Shown here piece by piece: positions 40,451 to 52,770 of a stretch of 64,000 bases of DNA (its first letter is position 1; each line of letters starts with the position of its first letter). The notes under the pieces are model-generated. The model was not told where the DNA came from, searched no databases, and worked only from the letters and a program-made list of their open reading frames with translations. The DNA comes from a virus. Lineage: Duplodnaviria > Caudoviricetes. A program made the position numbers and the translations under genes. The DNA is taken from the IMG/VR virus record IMGVR_UViG_3300028833_000074, positions 64,001 through 128,000 of that record. One strand, written 5' to 3'.

Positions 40451-41654
40451 ATGGTTGCCCCCTTCTGCTTCTATATTGGTCACCTTCATTTAATAATAAA
40501 ACAGTAACAATATGATTTGTAACATCTTTTTCCAATACAACATATTTTTGATGCGCCATATTAAAAACTTCTCCGGCACTATAGTGATAACCTTTAAAAC
40601 GTGAAGCAGCGTTTACTGCTGCTAATTTGCTTTTTTCTGGTGCATATACCACATATAACCAATTACCCCTATCGGCATAAGCCTCTGCAACATCACGCTT
40701 AAAACTAAAAGACGTTGGAGATTTAAACTCTGAAATTTCACCCACTTCTAATGTTTCATCAAAAGGTCCACCCCTAAAGAGCATAACATCTTCGGGAAGC
40801 CCCGGCAATTGTTTAACAACATTACTGATACTATCAATCATCCATTCCATATACTCAAACTCCTCTTCCATATATTCTTCTAAAGTCATATCTTTATTTG
40901 TATGATTATATCTATTTTCTACCCCATTGTTATAATCTTGAATCATCTCTTCCATAACCTTTACTTTTTGATATACAGCACGATTAATAGTGGCGGATAT
41001 ATCGTTAAAGAAGTTTTCAATCGGCCATAATCCATCTTTACCACGAAACGACATACCATCAATATTGATATCAGCATCACGTTGTAGTTCAATTAATTCA
41101 AATTCCATATCAGTTAAAAAATCAGTAAAAGGGTCGCCTTTCATTCTTTCTAAATGGCGCATTACTATTGGATAAGCAGCATTATAAAAATCATCATCTA
41201 AATTATCCTTTAAGAATTTTTGAAATTTTGGTTTTACAGTCTTAAAATAACTTTCTCTTTTATATTGATATAAACTACGCTTCATTTTAAAATTTTCGTG
41301 CGCCCAGTCATCTAACAAGTCAGACTTTGCATCATACAAGGCACCCGGCATAGCATCAATAATAACTTGACGTGGAACTACAAAACCATCATCAACAATA
41401 TAACTATCCTTAAAGAAAAATTCAAAATCTTGTATAACTGGAGATTCCCAATCAATAAATTCTCTACTTTGACTTGGACGTGTATTTTTTACACGTTTAG
41501 TAAATTTTTGTAAATCTTCACCTTTGGAACTTTTAAATACTGCACGTGTGGCTGTTGTATCTGTTTCAACTTCCATACTGCCAATCGTAGCCCCAACTTC
41601 AACTATAGTATTTTTACGTACATTAATATTACGTTTTCTTTTTCTTCTACCCAT
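40434..41654 (-). CDS. ADP-ribosyltransferase, VIP2/Alt-like (paralogue 2)
   Basis: 'LFRGG', 'PTSFSF...VA', 'YAPEK', 'AGEV'. Confidence 0.8.
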   Translation of the reverse strand: MGRRKRKRNINVRKNTIVEVGATIGSMEVETDTTATRAVFKSSKGEDLQKFTKRVKNTRPSQSREFIDWESPVIQDFEFFFKDSYIVDDGFVVPRQVIIDAMPGALYDAKSDLLDDWAHENFKMKRSLYQYKRESYFKTVKPKFQKFLKDNLDDDFYNAAYPIVMRHLERMKGDPFTDFLTDMEFELIELQRDADINIDGMSFRGKDGLWPIENFFNDISATINRAVYQKVKVMEEMIQDYNNGVENRYNHTNKDMTLEEYMEEEFEYMEWMIDSISNVVKQLPGLPEDVMLFRGGPFDETLEVGEISEFKSPTSFSFKRDVAEAYADRGNWLYVVYAPEKSKLAAVNAASRFKGYHYSAGEVFNMAHQKYVVLEKDVTNHIVTVLLLNEGDQYRSRRGQPYAKPQ

Positions 41655-41664
41655 AGAATATCAC

Positions 41665-41934
41665 TTATATAATAAATTTCATATATTTGGGATTTTCATG
41701 ACACCATTTGGCAAGTTCTTCATATTCAACTTCAACATCAAATTGATTTTCTCGCATTTTTTGCAGCATTTGATACTGTTTATTTCGCACGTCATCATAC
41801 ATATTATGTTTTTTTAAATTATCATAATATCGATTCATATCAAAAATATAATGCGTAATTAAAAAAGGAATATAATCCGGTATCATTTCTAATTCTTCTT
41901 TTGCCTCTTCGATTAAACTATAATTAATTTGCAT
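41665..41934 (-). CDS. Small ART-partner protein (paralogue 1)
   Basis: 'EELEMIPDYIPFL...ELAKWCHENPKY'. Confidence 0.75.
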   Translation of the reverse strand: MQINYSLIEEAKEELEMIPDYIPFLITHYIFDMNRYYDNLKKHNMYDDVRNKQYQMLQKMRENQFDVEVEYEELAKWCHENPKYMKFII

Positions 41935-41942
41935 AAAAAACC

Positions 41943-43118
41943 TCATATCTTAAAGTTATCATCTATTAATAACACTTCTACAACTTTTACTTTATTACGT
42001 TCGTTTGGAGTAAAACGACCTATTCTGGGGCGTGTATCAAACACAAACATATCATATTCTTCGTGAATACTCATCACATAAAATTTTTGATTAGGTGGAA
42101 ATGTAACTTCATGTTCACCCCCCCAACCACGAAACGCTGGGGATGATGCATGCAGACCACGCATACCTTTAGGTGCATGTACAACAATAATATATCTGTC
42201 CGGTTCTGTACCGGCAAATTCTTGCGCAACATCAATATTGTATGATGTTGATGTTGGCACTAAAAACTCACCAATATCACCGACCTTTAATGAAGCATCA
42301 ATAGTACCACCATGAAAAAAGGTAATATCTTGTGATAATTCTGGCGCTTTTGAAAAGGCACTTTTAACACCATCTATCATTGGAATAATTTCTTGCTCTA
42401 AATATTTTTTTTGTTCAGAGATACGCATACTGGCCATTTTATCATTAAAAGAACGTACGTAATTATTATCATTAGATACTCCATGTGTATGTAACATATA
42501 TCCTTTCATATTATAATACGAACCACCATAATATTGATTCATACCCCATACTTCATTATCATCAAAATACATAGGAGTTTCTATTAGAGGAGTCAATTCT
42601 GATGCTTCTAATCTTGATGTGGTATCAACAACATCACTAAAATTAAAAGCATCAATATCAATATTGTTTTTTGCTAATGTTTCTAAAACTTTAGGGTCAC
42701 GTTGTCCTTGACAAAATTTTATTAACTCTGGTATTGTTTCTAATTTACGTTTCTTAATACGCTCTTGCTTTTGAGCCATAATTTTAGCATTTTTATCTGC
42801 AATTTTTTTATGAATCAATGCTGATTCTAATGCATTAATATCAAGACCAGCATTTAACATAGCCATATCTAACTCATCAGCGTTTTTAGACTCGTTAACA
42901 ATACGAGAATACTCATCAAAATCCATTAAGTTATTTAATATATAATCACTATAAACTTTTGAAAAAATTCTTTTATATTTTTGTTGTAATTTTCGTAATT
43001 TTCTTAAATGATAATTTGATATTTTTCCACGATTATAAATCGTTACACTATTCTTTCCACCACGAGCCTTATTTGCTTGTCCTACACGTTCCCTTGAATG
43101 TGATGTAAATCTTGCCAT
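41943..43118 (-). CDS. ADP-ribosyltransferase, VIP2/Alt-like (paralogue 1)
   Basis: 'FFHGG', 'PTSTSY...A..F', 'APKG', 'GEHEV' (ExE motif). Confidence 0.85.
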   Translation of the reverse strand: MARFTSHSRERVGQANKARGGKNSVTIYNRGKISNYHLRKLRKLQQKYKRIFSKVYSDYILNNLMDFDEYSRIVNESKNADELDMAMLNAGLDINALESALIHKKIADKNAKIMAQKQERIKKRKLETIPELIKFCQGQRDPKVLETLAKNNIDIDAFNFSDVVDTTSRLEASELTPLIETPMYFDDNEVWGMNQYYGGSYYNMKGYMLHTHGVSNDNNYVRSFNDKMASMRISEQKKYLEQEIIPMIDGVKSAFSKAPELSQDITFFHGGTIDASLKVGDIGEFLVPTSTSYNIDVAQEFAGTEPDRYIIVVHAPKGMRGLHASSPAFRGWGGEHEVTFPPNQKFYVMSIHEEYDMFVFDTRPRIGRFTPNERNKVKVVEVLLIDDNFKI

Positions 43119-43121
43119 AGT

Positions 43122-43148
43122 AAAGATTTCCTTGATTTTTTGCGAATT
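43122..43148. repeat. Degenerate copy of the dispersed 32-bp repeat
   Basis: aaagatttccttgattttttgcgaatt, immediately upstream of the first ART start codon. Confidence 0.6.
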
Positions 43149-43203
43149 TTATTTGATGTCCTATATAAGTACTTCTATATTCGATAGTATATAAACACCT
43201 TTT

Positions 43204-43242
43204 AAAAAATAAAAAAAAGAACGCAAGAAATTAATCTTGCGT
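43204..43242 (-). terminator. Hairpin plus U-tract after the adhesin-like gene
   Basis: acgcaaga-aattaa-tcttgcgt with an upstream A-run on +. Confidence 0.6.
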
Positions 43243-43806
43243 TTATGCTTTTTGGAGATACTTGCGACTGTATCCCATCTTCTCTTTTCCGCAATTGCCA
43301 CAAAAATCGCTGTCACATCTTGAACAAGTCAGTTCTCGTTCATGACGTGCGTTGTGCTTGTGTGCATTATATATAGTTCCATAATGGTGGCAATTCGGGC
43401 AATAACTGACGTATTTTCTTGTTCGCCAAGTGTACGATTTTGAACAGCGTCCACAACTTGGTTTACAAGTAATTGATACTGTCGGTTTAGGAATTGTAAA
43501 CTTGCCTTTTGTTGTGACTTTTTTATATTTCTTGTCACCGGCAAATTTTGCTGTAAAAGTATGTGTGCCAATTTTAGAATAAGTTGTTTTTACTTTTGCA
43601 ACACCTTTGGCATTTGTTGTTGCATGATAGTTCGAGCCTTTTACAGAAAACTTAATTTTCTTTCCTTTAATAGCCTTGCCTTTTGCTGTTGTTAACGTGG
43701 CGTATAAGTTTTTGCCTTTTGATTTGACAGTTAATTTAGTTTTTTCAACAGTCTCATCGCTTACAGCAGCAAGCGGCACAAGAGTTCCTATTATAAATAA
43801 TATCAA
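43243..43806 (-). CDS. Secreted adhesin-like protein (Ig-like domain + Cys-rich C-terminus)
   Basis: Signal/TM segment ending 'AAVS', Methanobrevibacter adhesin-type repeat 'GKAIKGKKI.F...TTNAKGVA...F.GD..Y', and multiple CxxC. Confidence 0.7.
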   Translation of the reverse strand: MILFIIGTLVPLAAVSDETVEKTKLTVKSKGKNLYATLTTAKGKAIKGKKIKFSVKGSNYHATTNAKGVAKVKTTYSKIGTHTFTAKFAGDKKYKKVTTKGKFTIPKPTVSITCKPSCGRCSKSYTWRTRKYVSYCPNCHHYGTIYNAHKHNARHERELTCSRCDSDFCGNCGKEKMGYSRKYLQKA

Positions 43807-43942
43807 TATGATTGATATTATTATTTGATTTGTTTTAATGTTTTCAATAACACGCTCCTATGTGCGAGCAAATGCATTTAAACTCGAGATTTATTATTTT
43901 GTTGTCTAAAACATATAAATGTCTTATACTTAACTTTTTTAA

Positions 43943-44137
43943 TTATTCTGAAACGACTCCTTTATTTTTGGAATCTTTAAAGATTAATTCTCCTTTTTCG
44001 GTTATTCGATATTGTGGCTCTACAGTTATTCTTTCCCTACAAGAAAAACATATATATTTTTCAACTTGTGTAATATTATTTCTGCTTAATAATCTTAATG
44101 TAGCCTTTCCACATCTTGGACATATCATTATACTCAC
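43943..44137 (-). CDS. Small zinc-ribbon protein
   Basis: CPRCG...CFSC; GAGGTGA RBS. Confidence 0.6.
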   Translation of the reverse strand: MSIMICPRCGKATLRLLSRNNITQVEKYICFSCRERITVEPQYRITEKGELIFKDSKNKGVVSE

Positions 44138-44333
44138 CTCTCATTATTGTATATTAAATTTTAACTTGTATCTTCGCCTATTAAGACGATAGAAAAGTTA
44201 TATTTTTCTGTTTTATTGATATCAGAAGTTAATGAAATTCGACTGGCTAATCCTATGTTTGATGATGTGATGCATACCTTTACATCCATATCATCATCAT
44301 ATTGTTGTAATATTTCTTGTAAATGTTTGTTTT

Positions 44334-44621
44334 TCATTTTATTCTCCTATCCCATATATTTCGATTTAATTCTTTTTCTTTTTTATCGGTATGGTCCGGC
44401 ACCATATTATAGGTGGTGCGCCAACAAGTTGTTTTGTGGCATTTTGGGCAAGAAACATATTTTTTATCTGAAAATAAAAAAAATATCTTAAGCAAGAAAA
44501 AAGGAAAGAAATTATCTGTGCCGCAATAATTACAGCGCAGATTATATTTTTTATATAATTTTCCTTGTTTAATTTTTGTTGAAATCACACCATTCACCAT
44601 CCTTAATACGTAAATATACAC
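44334..44621 (-). CDS. Small zinc-ribbon protein
   Basis: CNYCG...CPKC. Confidence 0.5.
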   Translation of the reverse strand: MYIYVLRMVNGVISTKIKQGKLYKKYNLRCNYCGTDNFFPFFLLKIFFLFSDKKYVSCPKCHKTTCWRTTYNMVPDHTDKKEKELNRNIWDRRIK

Positions 44622-45025
44622 CTAAATCACTAATGATACATAAATATGAAATACCTTTAACCTCTAAAAATAATTCCATTGTATCATTGACCTTGATGCG
44701 TATAAATTTTTTATGGTCACGAAAATACTCAATTGCAGTATGCATATGAATATTGTCAACTTCAAGATGCATATACATATTATCACCTATGATAAATAAA
44801 GAAAATCACCTACAAATACGTCATCTTCACAAAAAGGCACATAAAAATCATCTTTATGAAAATCAGCCAATATTGTTTCACATGGCAATCCATGACAGTC
44901 ATTGTATACACATACATTAACATTACCATATTCTTCTTGACATTTTTGTAGATATTCAATAAGTTCATCTAACATCATATTTTCACCCTTACTTATATAT
45001 ATGACATTTATAGTATATATACTTT

Positions 45026-45057
45026 AAAGATTTTCTCTATTTTTTGCGAATCTGATT
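45026..45057. repeat. Dispersed 32-bp repeat copy
   Basis: aaagattttctctattttttgcgaatctgatt. Confidence 0.85.
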
Positions 45058-45817
45058 ATTGCACTAATCTTCATTTCCATCCCATTCGTGTATATGGCTT
45101 CTTGTACTATATGTTGAGCCACTTCCTTCTTGCACAACAATAATAAATTCACCAATCTCACTATCATATGTGATATAATCAATATCATAATACATATCTT
45201 GCTCTTTGATTACAACATTCACCGGCAAATTAGCGCCTAATTGAGCCAACCTTGCAATAATCTCTAAACTCATCATCATTGTATCACGCTTTATCATTCA
45301 ATATCGCAACTACCTCTTTGATATTTAAAGCCCTATTTGTTTCTGTATCCCATATCGTATTCACATATTGGTCAGATATCTTATATCTATCACTTTTAAA
45401 CACTTTAAAATAATCTTTCCCATTTTTCCATTCCATCCAATCACTCATCATCTTCCCTTTCGCTATTGGATTCCACTACAAAATATTTCTTCTCTAAATA
45501 TGGACAGTCTTCCCATAAGACAAAAATATCATTGCTGTGCAAACAATTTGGTTTGCAAATATATTTTTCATCTGCTTCTTCATTATATACGAAATATTCA
45601 CACCAAGTGCAAGTTGGTGGCGCTTCAATAATTCTTTTGTTGGCATTGCGAATTTCTTCTTCCAACATTTTAATCTTATCTTCTTGCTTATTCAATAAGT
45701 CGCATACATCTTTTGCACCATAATATGTTAGACAAATGGTCACCAATTCTTTATCGACCACATCATAAACCATTATCGGTTGTCCATCTGCATCGACATC
45801 AATCATATATCTTGACA

Positions 45818-46693
45818 TTATAAATCACTCCTATTGTTTTCATTGTATAATTGGAAATATTTCGGCTCTAATCTGTTATATAGTTTTACAACCATATTCT
45901 TTTCTATCAAATTGTACACTACACTATATATGGTATACTCAAATTTATCTTGCACATCTGTAACGCCATAAATTTGCTCAACGCTGCCAAGCAAATGCAT
46001 TGTTTCATTAATGGGGCTAAAGATATCTTCGCAATTATTTAAGCAACCAAGCAAGTAAGTAAGACGCTCGAAACGCTCATCTGATGAGTATCCACCGGCA
46101 AGTCCATCGGTTTTGCGCCCCCTTGAGTACCATACTGGGTCATTGCCATAATTAGATACACTATCTCCAATCATACTTAAGCCGAATTCACAAATATCTT
46201 TTTGCAATGGATATGGGGGATTATTGGTCATCACATCATTATGATATACTTTTAAGCCATCAATGGTTTGCTCAACAATGATAGCATCGTTCTCATCACA
46301 AATAAACCAATGCATATCAGTATTTTGTATTGTATCTGAATAGTTCTCATTGGTGATATTTACATCAATAAGCCATTCTTCAACTGTAGCAACATCCCTA
46401 AATTGTCCTAATATTTCAAAAACAAATTGATATGCTGGTATATTTATCATAAATTCTTCTGGCTCATTATAGTGAGCATTACCAGTAAACGCTAATGCCC
46501 CACAAAATAAGCCACATTCATTAATCCCATCATATAGAAGGGGATATTCTTCGGCTATTCCACTACATATTCCTAAAATTGCGAATCCACTATCGTATTC
46601 GTCTCTTTTGATTTTTATTATTTGCTCTTGGTAGGACATTTCATAGTCAAAATTCCTACCGACGCAATGTTTATATTTCAATGCGGTACACAT
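45818..46693 (-). CDS. Choloylglycine hydrolase / linear amide C-N hydrolase (bile salt hydrolase-penicillin V acylase, Ntn family)
   Basis: N-terminal M-C-T nucleophile, 'GRNFDY', 'DGINECGL', 'HWFI.D', 'MTNNP', 'LAGGYSSDERFER', 'YTIYS'. Confidence 0.9.
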   Translation of the reverse strand: MCTALKYKHCVGRNFDYEMSYQEQIIKIKRDEYDSGFAILGICSGIAEEYPLLYDGINECGLFCGALAFTGNAHYNEPEEFMINIPAYQFVFEILGQFRDVATVEEWLIDVNITNENYSDTIQNTDMHWFICDENDAIIVEQTIDGLKVYHNDVMTNNPPYPLQKDICEFGLSMIGDSVSNYGNDPVWYSRGRKTDGLAGGYSSDERFERLTYLLGCLNNCEDIFSPINETMHLLGSVEQIYGVTDVQDKFEYTIYSVVYNLIEKNMVVKLYNRLEPKYFQLYNENNRSDL

Positions 46694-48131
46694 CTTATTC
46701 ACCCACTTTAAAAAAAATCACCATAACAATAATCAATGACATCAATAACACAAAAAATAACCATATATCACTTATCATCAATAGATATAACAGTAATTCC
46801 CACATTTAATTATCCTCTCTTTCTTTTAATTCATCATCAATCATTTGCTTAAGATTTTGCAAATCATCAACAGTAAAATATTCTAAAGGCAGATATTTCA
46901 ATTGCATTGTAATGGCAAACATAAGAAATCGACTATCAAGGGTTGTTATTTCATCATATAATGTAATGCAATCATCGATACGATTTACTTCATCAACAAA
47001 ACATTCCCAACTAACTGCTGTATCCCATAAGAATTTTTGACCCCAGTTTGTATCTAATGCAATATTCATCTGCTCTTCAAGCAAAATAGCCCAATCAGAT
47101 AAATATTTGTCCAATTGCTCTTGTGTTAAATCACTCATTCATATCACCTTGCATCTTCTTTAATTTTCGTATTTCATCTTCTTTTTCATTTAGTATTTTT
47201 ACAACTTGTTTGCCTAATCTTTGATGCTTAATTGATGTCATAATAGCACCATCATTTTCATTATCAACTATGAATCCAGTTGATTCCTCATATTCATACC
47301 TATCCATATCAATCACTCAAGTTAATAATAACACGACATATATAGAAAATAAACCAAAAATATATTATTATGAAAACCAGCCAACTTAATCCCATAAGAT
47401 TGAAGACATATGTTGCCAAGTATATGCCACTTCCTAATACCACGCACATAAACAACAATACAAGCAAGTAAGCAAGAAGTTTAATCCAATCCATTTTATT
47501 TCAACTCCACTTTTCTGCTGTTTAGGTCATCGACCCATTTTTTAAGTCTATAATCACGAACAACATATTTGTCATGTCCATCATATGATGCAAACGCAAC
47601 TATAACATGAGTATCTCTATCTATAATGACCCATCGCTTATTGTCAACATCATCTTTAAGGGCATATCTCTCTTGCCATTGATAAAAATCATTTACCATT
47701 TTATCAACTGCAAACTTGTTATCAGTAATATATGCACTTGTATCATCAATTGACTCTAAAAAATCTACAAAGTATTTCGCTTCCCAATCCCATAAAGAAT
47801 TTAACGCTCTTTCGTTTTCTATTGTATGTTCCATATTATCTTCTCTTAAACCATAAATAATCATATCTTCTATGAAAATCATATTTTGCTGTATGAATCA
47901 TCGGATGTTTTACCCAATGTCCGCCGGCATTTTCATCTTCGGATTCAAAAAATAAATCTAAATCATCAATTTTAAACCATTCTGTAGCAAATGTTTTATA
48001 TGGTCGATTCTGACTTCTAAACATTGGGCAACTAAATGGCCAATTATATGATGTTCGTTCATCCCAATAATCCTTTAATTTGATGCGATTACAAAATCTC
48101 GCCCAAGCATAAAGGTAATCTCGGTCTTTTC

Positions 48132-51100
48132 TCATTTTTCACACCATTCTTGAAACTCTAACAATTTTTCGCATTGATGCTTGTAATGATTCACTTCAAA
48201 TCGCAAGAACACATTCTCTTCTGCAAGTTCATTTAATAAATTAACAACCTTATCTATTTTATACAAAGTATTATGCTCAACCACAACATAAGGCATATCT
48301 CGTATAATGTCTTCGCTTACAGCACACCGAAATCGTTTATCACTCATCTTTTAACCTCTCAAATTTCTCACAATATCCTTTTTTAAATTCATCAAAAACC
48401 AAACAATAGCAATCTGAATCATATTCATCAAAACAATAACTTTGAAAATAAACACAAGATTCACAACGATTAAAATAATCATAACTATCAGTCATCATCA
48501 TCACCCACAAATCGAATACAAGTACTGTCTGTAATATCTCCTTTTTCTAAATAACTCCTCCAAATCTTATTTAATACCTTTTCCTTTTGTTTTAATATTT
48601 CTATTTCCTCTTTTAACTGCTCATTCTCTTCTTTCAATTTCTCATTTTCTTCTGCAAGATTGGATTCAAAGGTTTCTGTTCCCTCATTGAATTTACTTTT
48701 CCAGTAATTTCTTTGTTTTATAAGAAATGTGTTTTCCTTTTGCAGTTGCTCGTTCTTTCCTCTTAATTGTGAAATAGTGGCTTGTTGCTCATTTAATTTA
48801 TCAACAACCTTATGGGAATCAACAACATCAAGATGAGCAAAATATTTTCCATCTTTTTCAAATTGGTATTTATTTACATTAAAAGCAAATCGTTCTTCAC
48901 TCATCTTTATCACTCTTCACATTAACTTTGCCTATTCTTTCTACATCTTGATTTCTCCTTTTTTCCTCTTTTTTGAATTCTTTGAATATTCTTTTTATCT
49001 CTTCTTTTGTTGTTCCATCATAATATACAATTAAAACCATCAGTCATCACCATTTCAATCTTCTCATTCATCATTATTCCTCTGTCTTGGTTCTGCAACA
49101 ATCTTATAAGTATAATCCCACTTCTCATCCTTATCTTTTGCAAAATATGAAACTGCATACACATTTCCGATGTAATTATAATGGTGTTTGCAACGATAAT
49201 CTCTTAAACAATAAACCATATACTCATCATCTGACCAACCAGCAATCCAAATGGATATTATACCATTTTCTTCTTCTTCTAAACTCCCCATTTCTAAAGA
49301 ACCTTTTATAATGGGAATTAATTCTTCAAATGTATGTTTATTATAAAATTTTATTAGTTCTTCTTCTCCTAAATCAATCATTATTCATTCTCCTTTTCTA
49401 ATTTTATTTTTTTCATTCATTTTTTCACTCCCCAAACTACCTCTTCATTAATTTTATTAACTTCACCAGTAAAATAATTAATAACATATTTAAGAGCAAG
49501 TTTTTCAAGATAAAATTCCTTACCTTTTTCTTTTTTTATTATTTCATTTTTTTCACCCCATTCATCTAAAAGAAGTTTTTTCTTATTTTGCACATTTGTA
49601 TAATGTCCTATTTCATTATTGCATTTTATTCTTTTCTCTAAAAAAGATGTTTTATTTTTCAATTGTTCATTTTCTTTTTCTAAATCTTTGACTTCTGCTT
49701 GCAAAAAAGCATTATAATCACTTGTTGCATTCATAGTAGTTTCAAGTGATTTCACTTGTTTTTGTAACTGCTCATTTTCTTCTTGTAATGAATTAAGCCA
49801 ACCAACAACCATTCTTTCCTTATTTTCAATTGATTTTCCAGTAATATTATCTGTAATTCTCCACCAAGTTGATTGAATATAATCTAATGTAAATCGTTCC
49901 TCACTCATCATCAATCACCTTTTCACCCATACCTTTCACCTATTTCAATAACAACTAAACACCATCTTTTTACTTTTCAACAATTTATAAACCATAAGCA
50001 TCTGCTCTTCTGTCAGAAAATACATATTAGGGATTTTCCCTTTTCTATCAATTATCCTAAAATGAGTAAATGGAGTAGTTTCATCTTCTCTCCATTTATG
50101 CATAATAAATCTTTCACTCATCTTTCTCACCATCGGATGTTGTGAATGTTATTCTCTTTCCTTTTGGTAGTGGAGGAATTTCCCACACTTGAATCTGACC
50201 ATCATCACTCTTGGGTTGTTGGCAGATTAACAATTGTGTTCGCAATAGTTGATAATCAATTATCATTTCATCGATAGCAATTTTCTGCTCATCAATAATA
50301 GATTGTTGTTCATTCAATAAATCTATGACATCATCTATTTCTATAAAAAACTTATCTTGATTGGAGTCAAATATATATTCTCCCCTATCGAAAGGATAGG
50401 CATTTTTAAGTACAAATCTTTTATTGCTCATTTTATATCCACTCATCGAATGTTCCATTATAAATATTATAAATTATTCTCCCAGTTACATTACTGTCAA
50501 ATTTTGTATGAAACTTATTCTTTATTTCTTGAAATATTTCTGCATTAAAATCTTCAAAAGGGGGTAGCATATTTTTTATGGTTCTGACATCTTTTATTCG
50601 CCATTGTGCTTTATGCCCATTCCCTAATCTGACTATCCCATTTGGAGAAACATTTCTGATATGATATTTTTTTACATGACTGGAATTAAATACAAATCGT
50701 TTTTTACACCTTCCAACATCTTCTATTATTTCAGTATTCCCATTCGCCCAAATAAGAATATCATTCTTTTCTTCAAGTGCAACATAATGAGAAAACAATT
50801 CACGATAATCATTTTTGCAATTATCATTCTCTTCTTTGAGTTCCGCAATGATTGTTTGAAATCTTTTGTTTTCTTGATGTTTTTCAATCGTAAGATGTTT
50901 GATGATAGATTGTTGCTTGTTCAACCTTTCAGTTACTTCTAAAGCAGTCATTTCCCTTTCTTTTTCGTTATCCCATACAAAAAAGGTATGCTCATCAAAC
51001 ATCAAAGTATATCTGCCATCAGTCCATTTATGAATATCTTTACTCATTATCAATCACCTCTTTAATCTCATAAGCGACACCAAATGGAATAAACATCTGA

Positions 51101-51735
51101 CAGAAACTCATAATATTCTCTCTTTTTCCATAATTACAATACACCATCAATTTCGGTTCTGACTCGTAAGACATTTCTAACTTGACAATATCATCATATG
51201 CAATCGCTTTAAACTCCAAATCTGCTAAACTACCTTCCCTATACTTTCCGAAAACATTTCCTTTTATCAATTCTTTTAACTTATCATTCTCCTCTTTCAG
51301 ATTTTGAATAAGTTTATTTTGCTCACCAATTTTTACAATGTCTTTGCTATGTTGCTCTATCCATTCGCTTATCTGTTTATCTTTTTTCTTAAGTTCTCTT
51401 TCTTGCCCTTGAATTAGCCATTCATTTGCAGTTAATCCCTTATAATGTGTCAAATTCCCATATCCACCATTAATCTTTTCCAATCTTCTCTTTAACTGCT
51501 CATTCTCTTCATACAAGGAATTTATCAAATCACAACTTTTATGAATATCATATTCAGTAGTGTTTTTGTTGACTGCATAAATATCAATTATTCTCTTTTC
51601 ATCAAAACTAACTTCAAATCGTTTTTCGCTCATTCGTTTCACCACATCTACTTCAAATCGTTTCTTCATATTAACTTCCTCGTTATTACTCTTCTTCATT
51701 GTAGGACATCCAAAAGACATAAAAAAAGAAATCAA
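48132..51735 (-). other. Cluster of small paralogous/mosaic ORFs ('MSxxRF...LN....ENEQLK' family)
   Basis: ORFs at 48132, 48488, 49417, 49945, 50114, 50433 and 51040 share start and/or coiled-coil motifs and DNA-level repeats. Confidence 0.65.
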
Positions 51736-51932
51736 GAAACCAAAAAAGCAAACGACATAGTAAATTTATATGAAAATTGTTTCTTTTTTGTCTGCTTCCT
51801 CTAAAAATGCCTTTATGATGCCATTAGGTAATGTAATACCACGAATTGATAAATATTTTTCAAACTCTTCCAATACATAATCATATTTTTGACTTGGCAA
51901 TGCACCCATTCTATCACCATAACCTTAAAATT

Positions 51933-51964
51933 AAAGATTTTCTCTAATTTTTGCGAATCTGATT
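51933..51964. repeat. Dispersed 32-bp repeat copy
   Basis: aaagattttctctaatttttgcgaatctgatt. Confidence 0.85.
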
Positions 51965-52339
51965 TCGTAGAATATATGGCTCAACATCTTATGAGAGAGT
52001 GGTTTCTCCAGCGTTAATAAAGTGTATATATCTTGCCTTTTCAAAGGGATATGAATATCGATATGTGTGTGTATTGGTCAAAACAATATCAATAATAGGT
52101 TTGCCATCGTTGTCTTTTGATATACGAATACTATGTATATCATCACTTATGAAAGTTAATGTATTTGTTTGTGTACGATTGGTAATTTTAACCAAAGCAT
52201 TGTGTACTGTTGGATTTACACAATTTTTGATATGAAAGCCATAGTCCATTTCCATTAAGGCATCACAAAATTTTAATAATTTGTCTGTACCAGTAAATTC
52301 TATCATAATGTTAGTTATATATTCTATTGTTTAAAAACT

Positions 52340-52371
52340 AAAGATTTTCTCTAAATTTTGCGAATCTGATT
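52340..52371. repeat. Dispersed 32-bp repeat copy
   Basis: aaagattttctctaaattttgcgaatctgatt, directly after the stop codon of 52372-52770. Confidence 0.85.
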
Positions 52372-52770
52372 TTATGCATTTGCATCGTTATCGTATGCGA
52401 TTTTTTCTAAACGCTCTGTAATGTCATGTTGTTTTTCTTTTTCAAGATAACTATCATTCATTGATGATATGTAATCATAATATTCATGTATAGCATCAAC
52501 AACTTTTTTAGGGTCAAAATGTTTAACTTGTATTAAAAAGCGAATAAAACCATCGATAGTGCTTTGTTCGATTTCAACTGCATAATCTTGTTTTCTTTTC
52601 GTATCTACATATTTGTTTTTTTCATATTCAAGATAAGAGATTTTTTCAATGTAATCTTTAATTTCAAGATATGAATCTGATTCTTCTGCTTTTTCCTTTA
52701 ATAATCCTATAATTTCATTGTATATATCATTAGATAATTGTAGTCTATAATAATCATTCATTTTCTTCAC

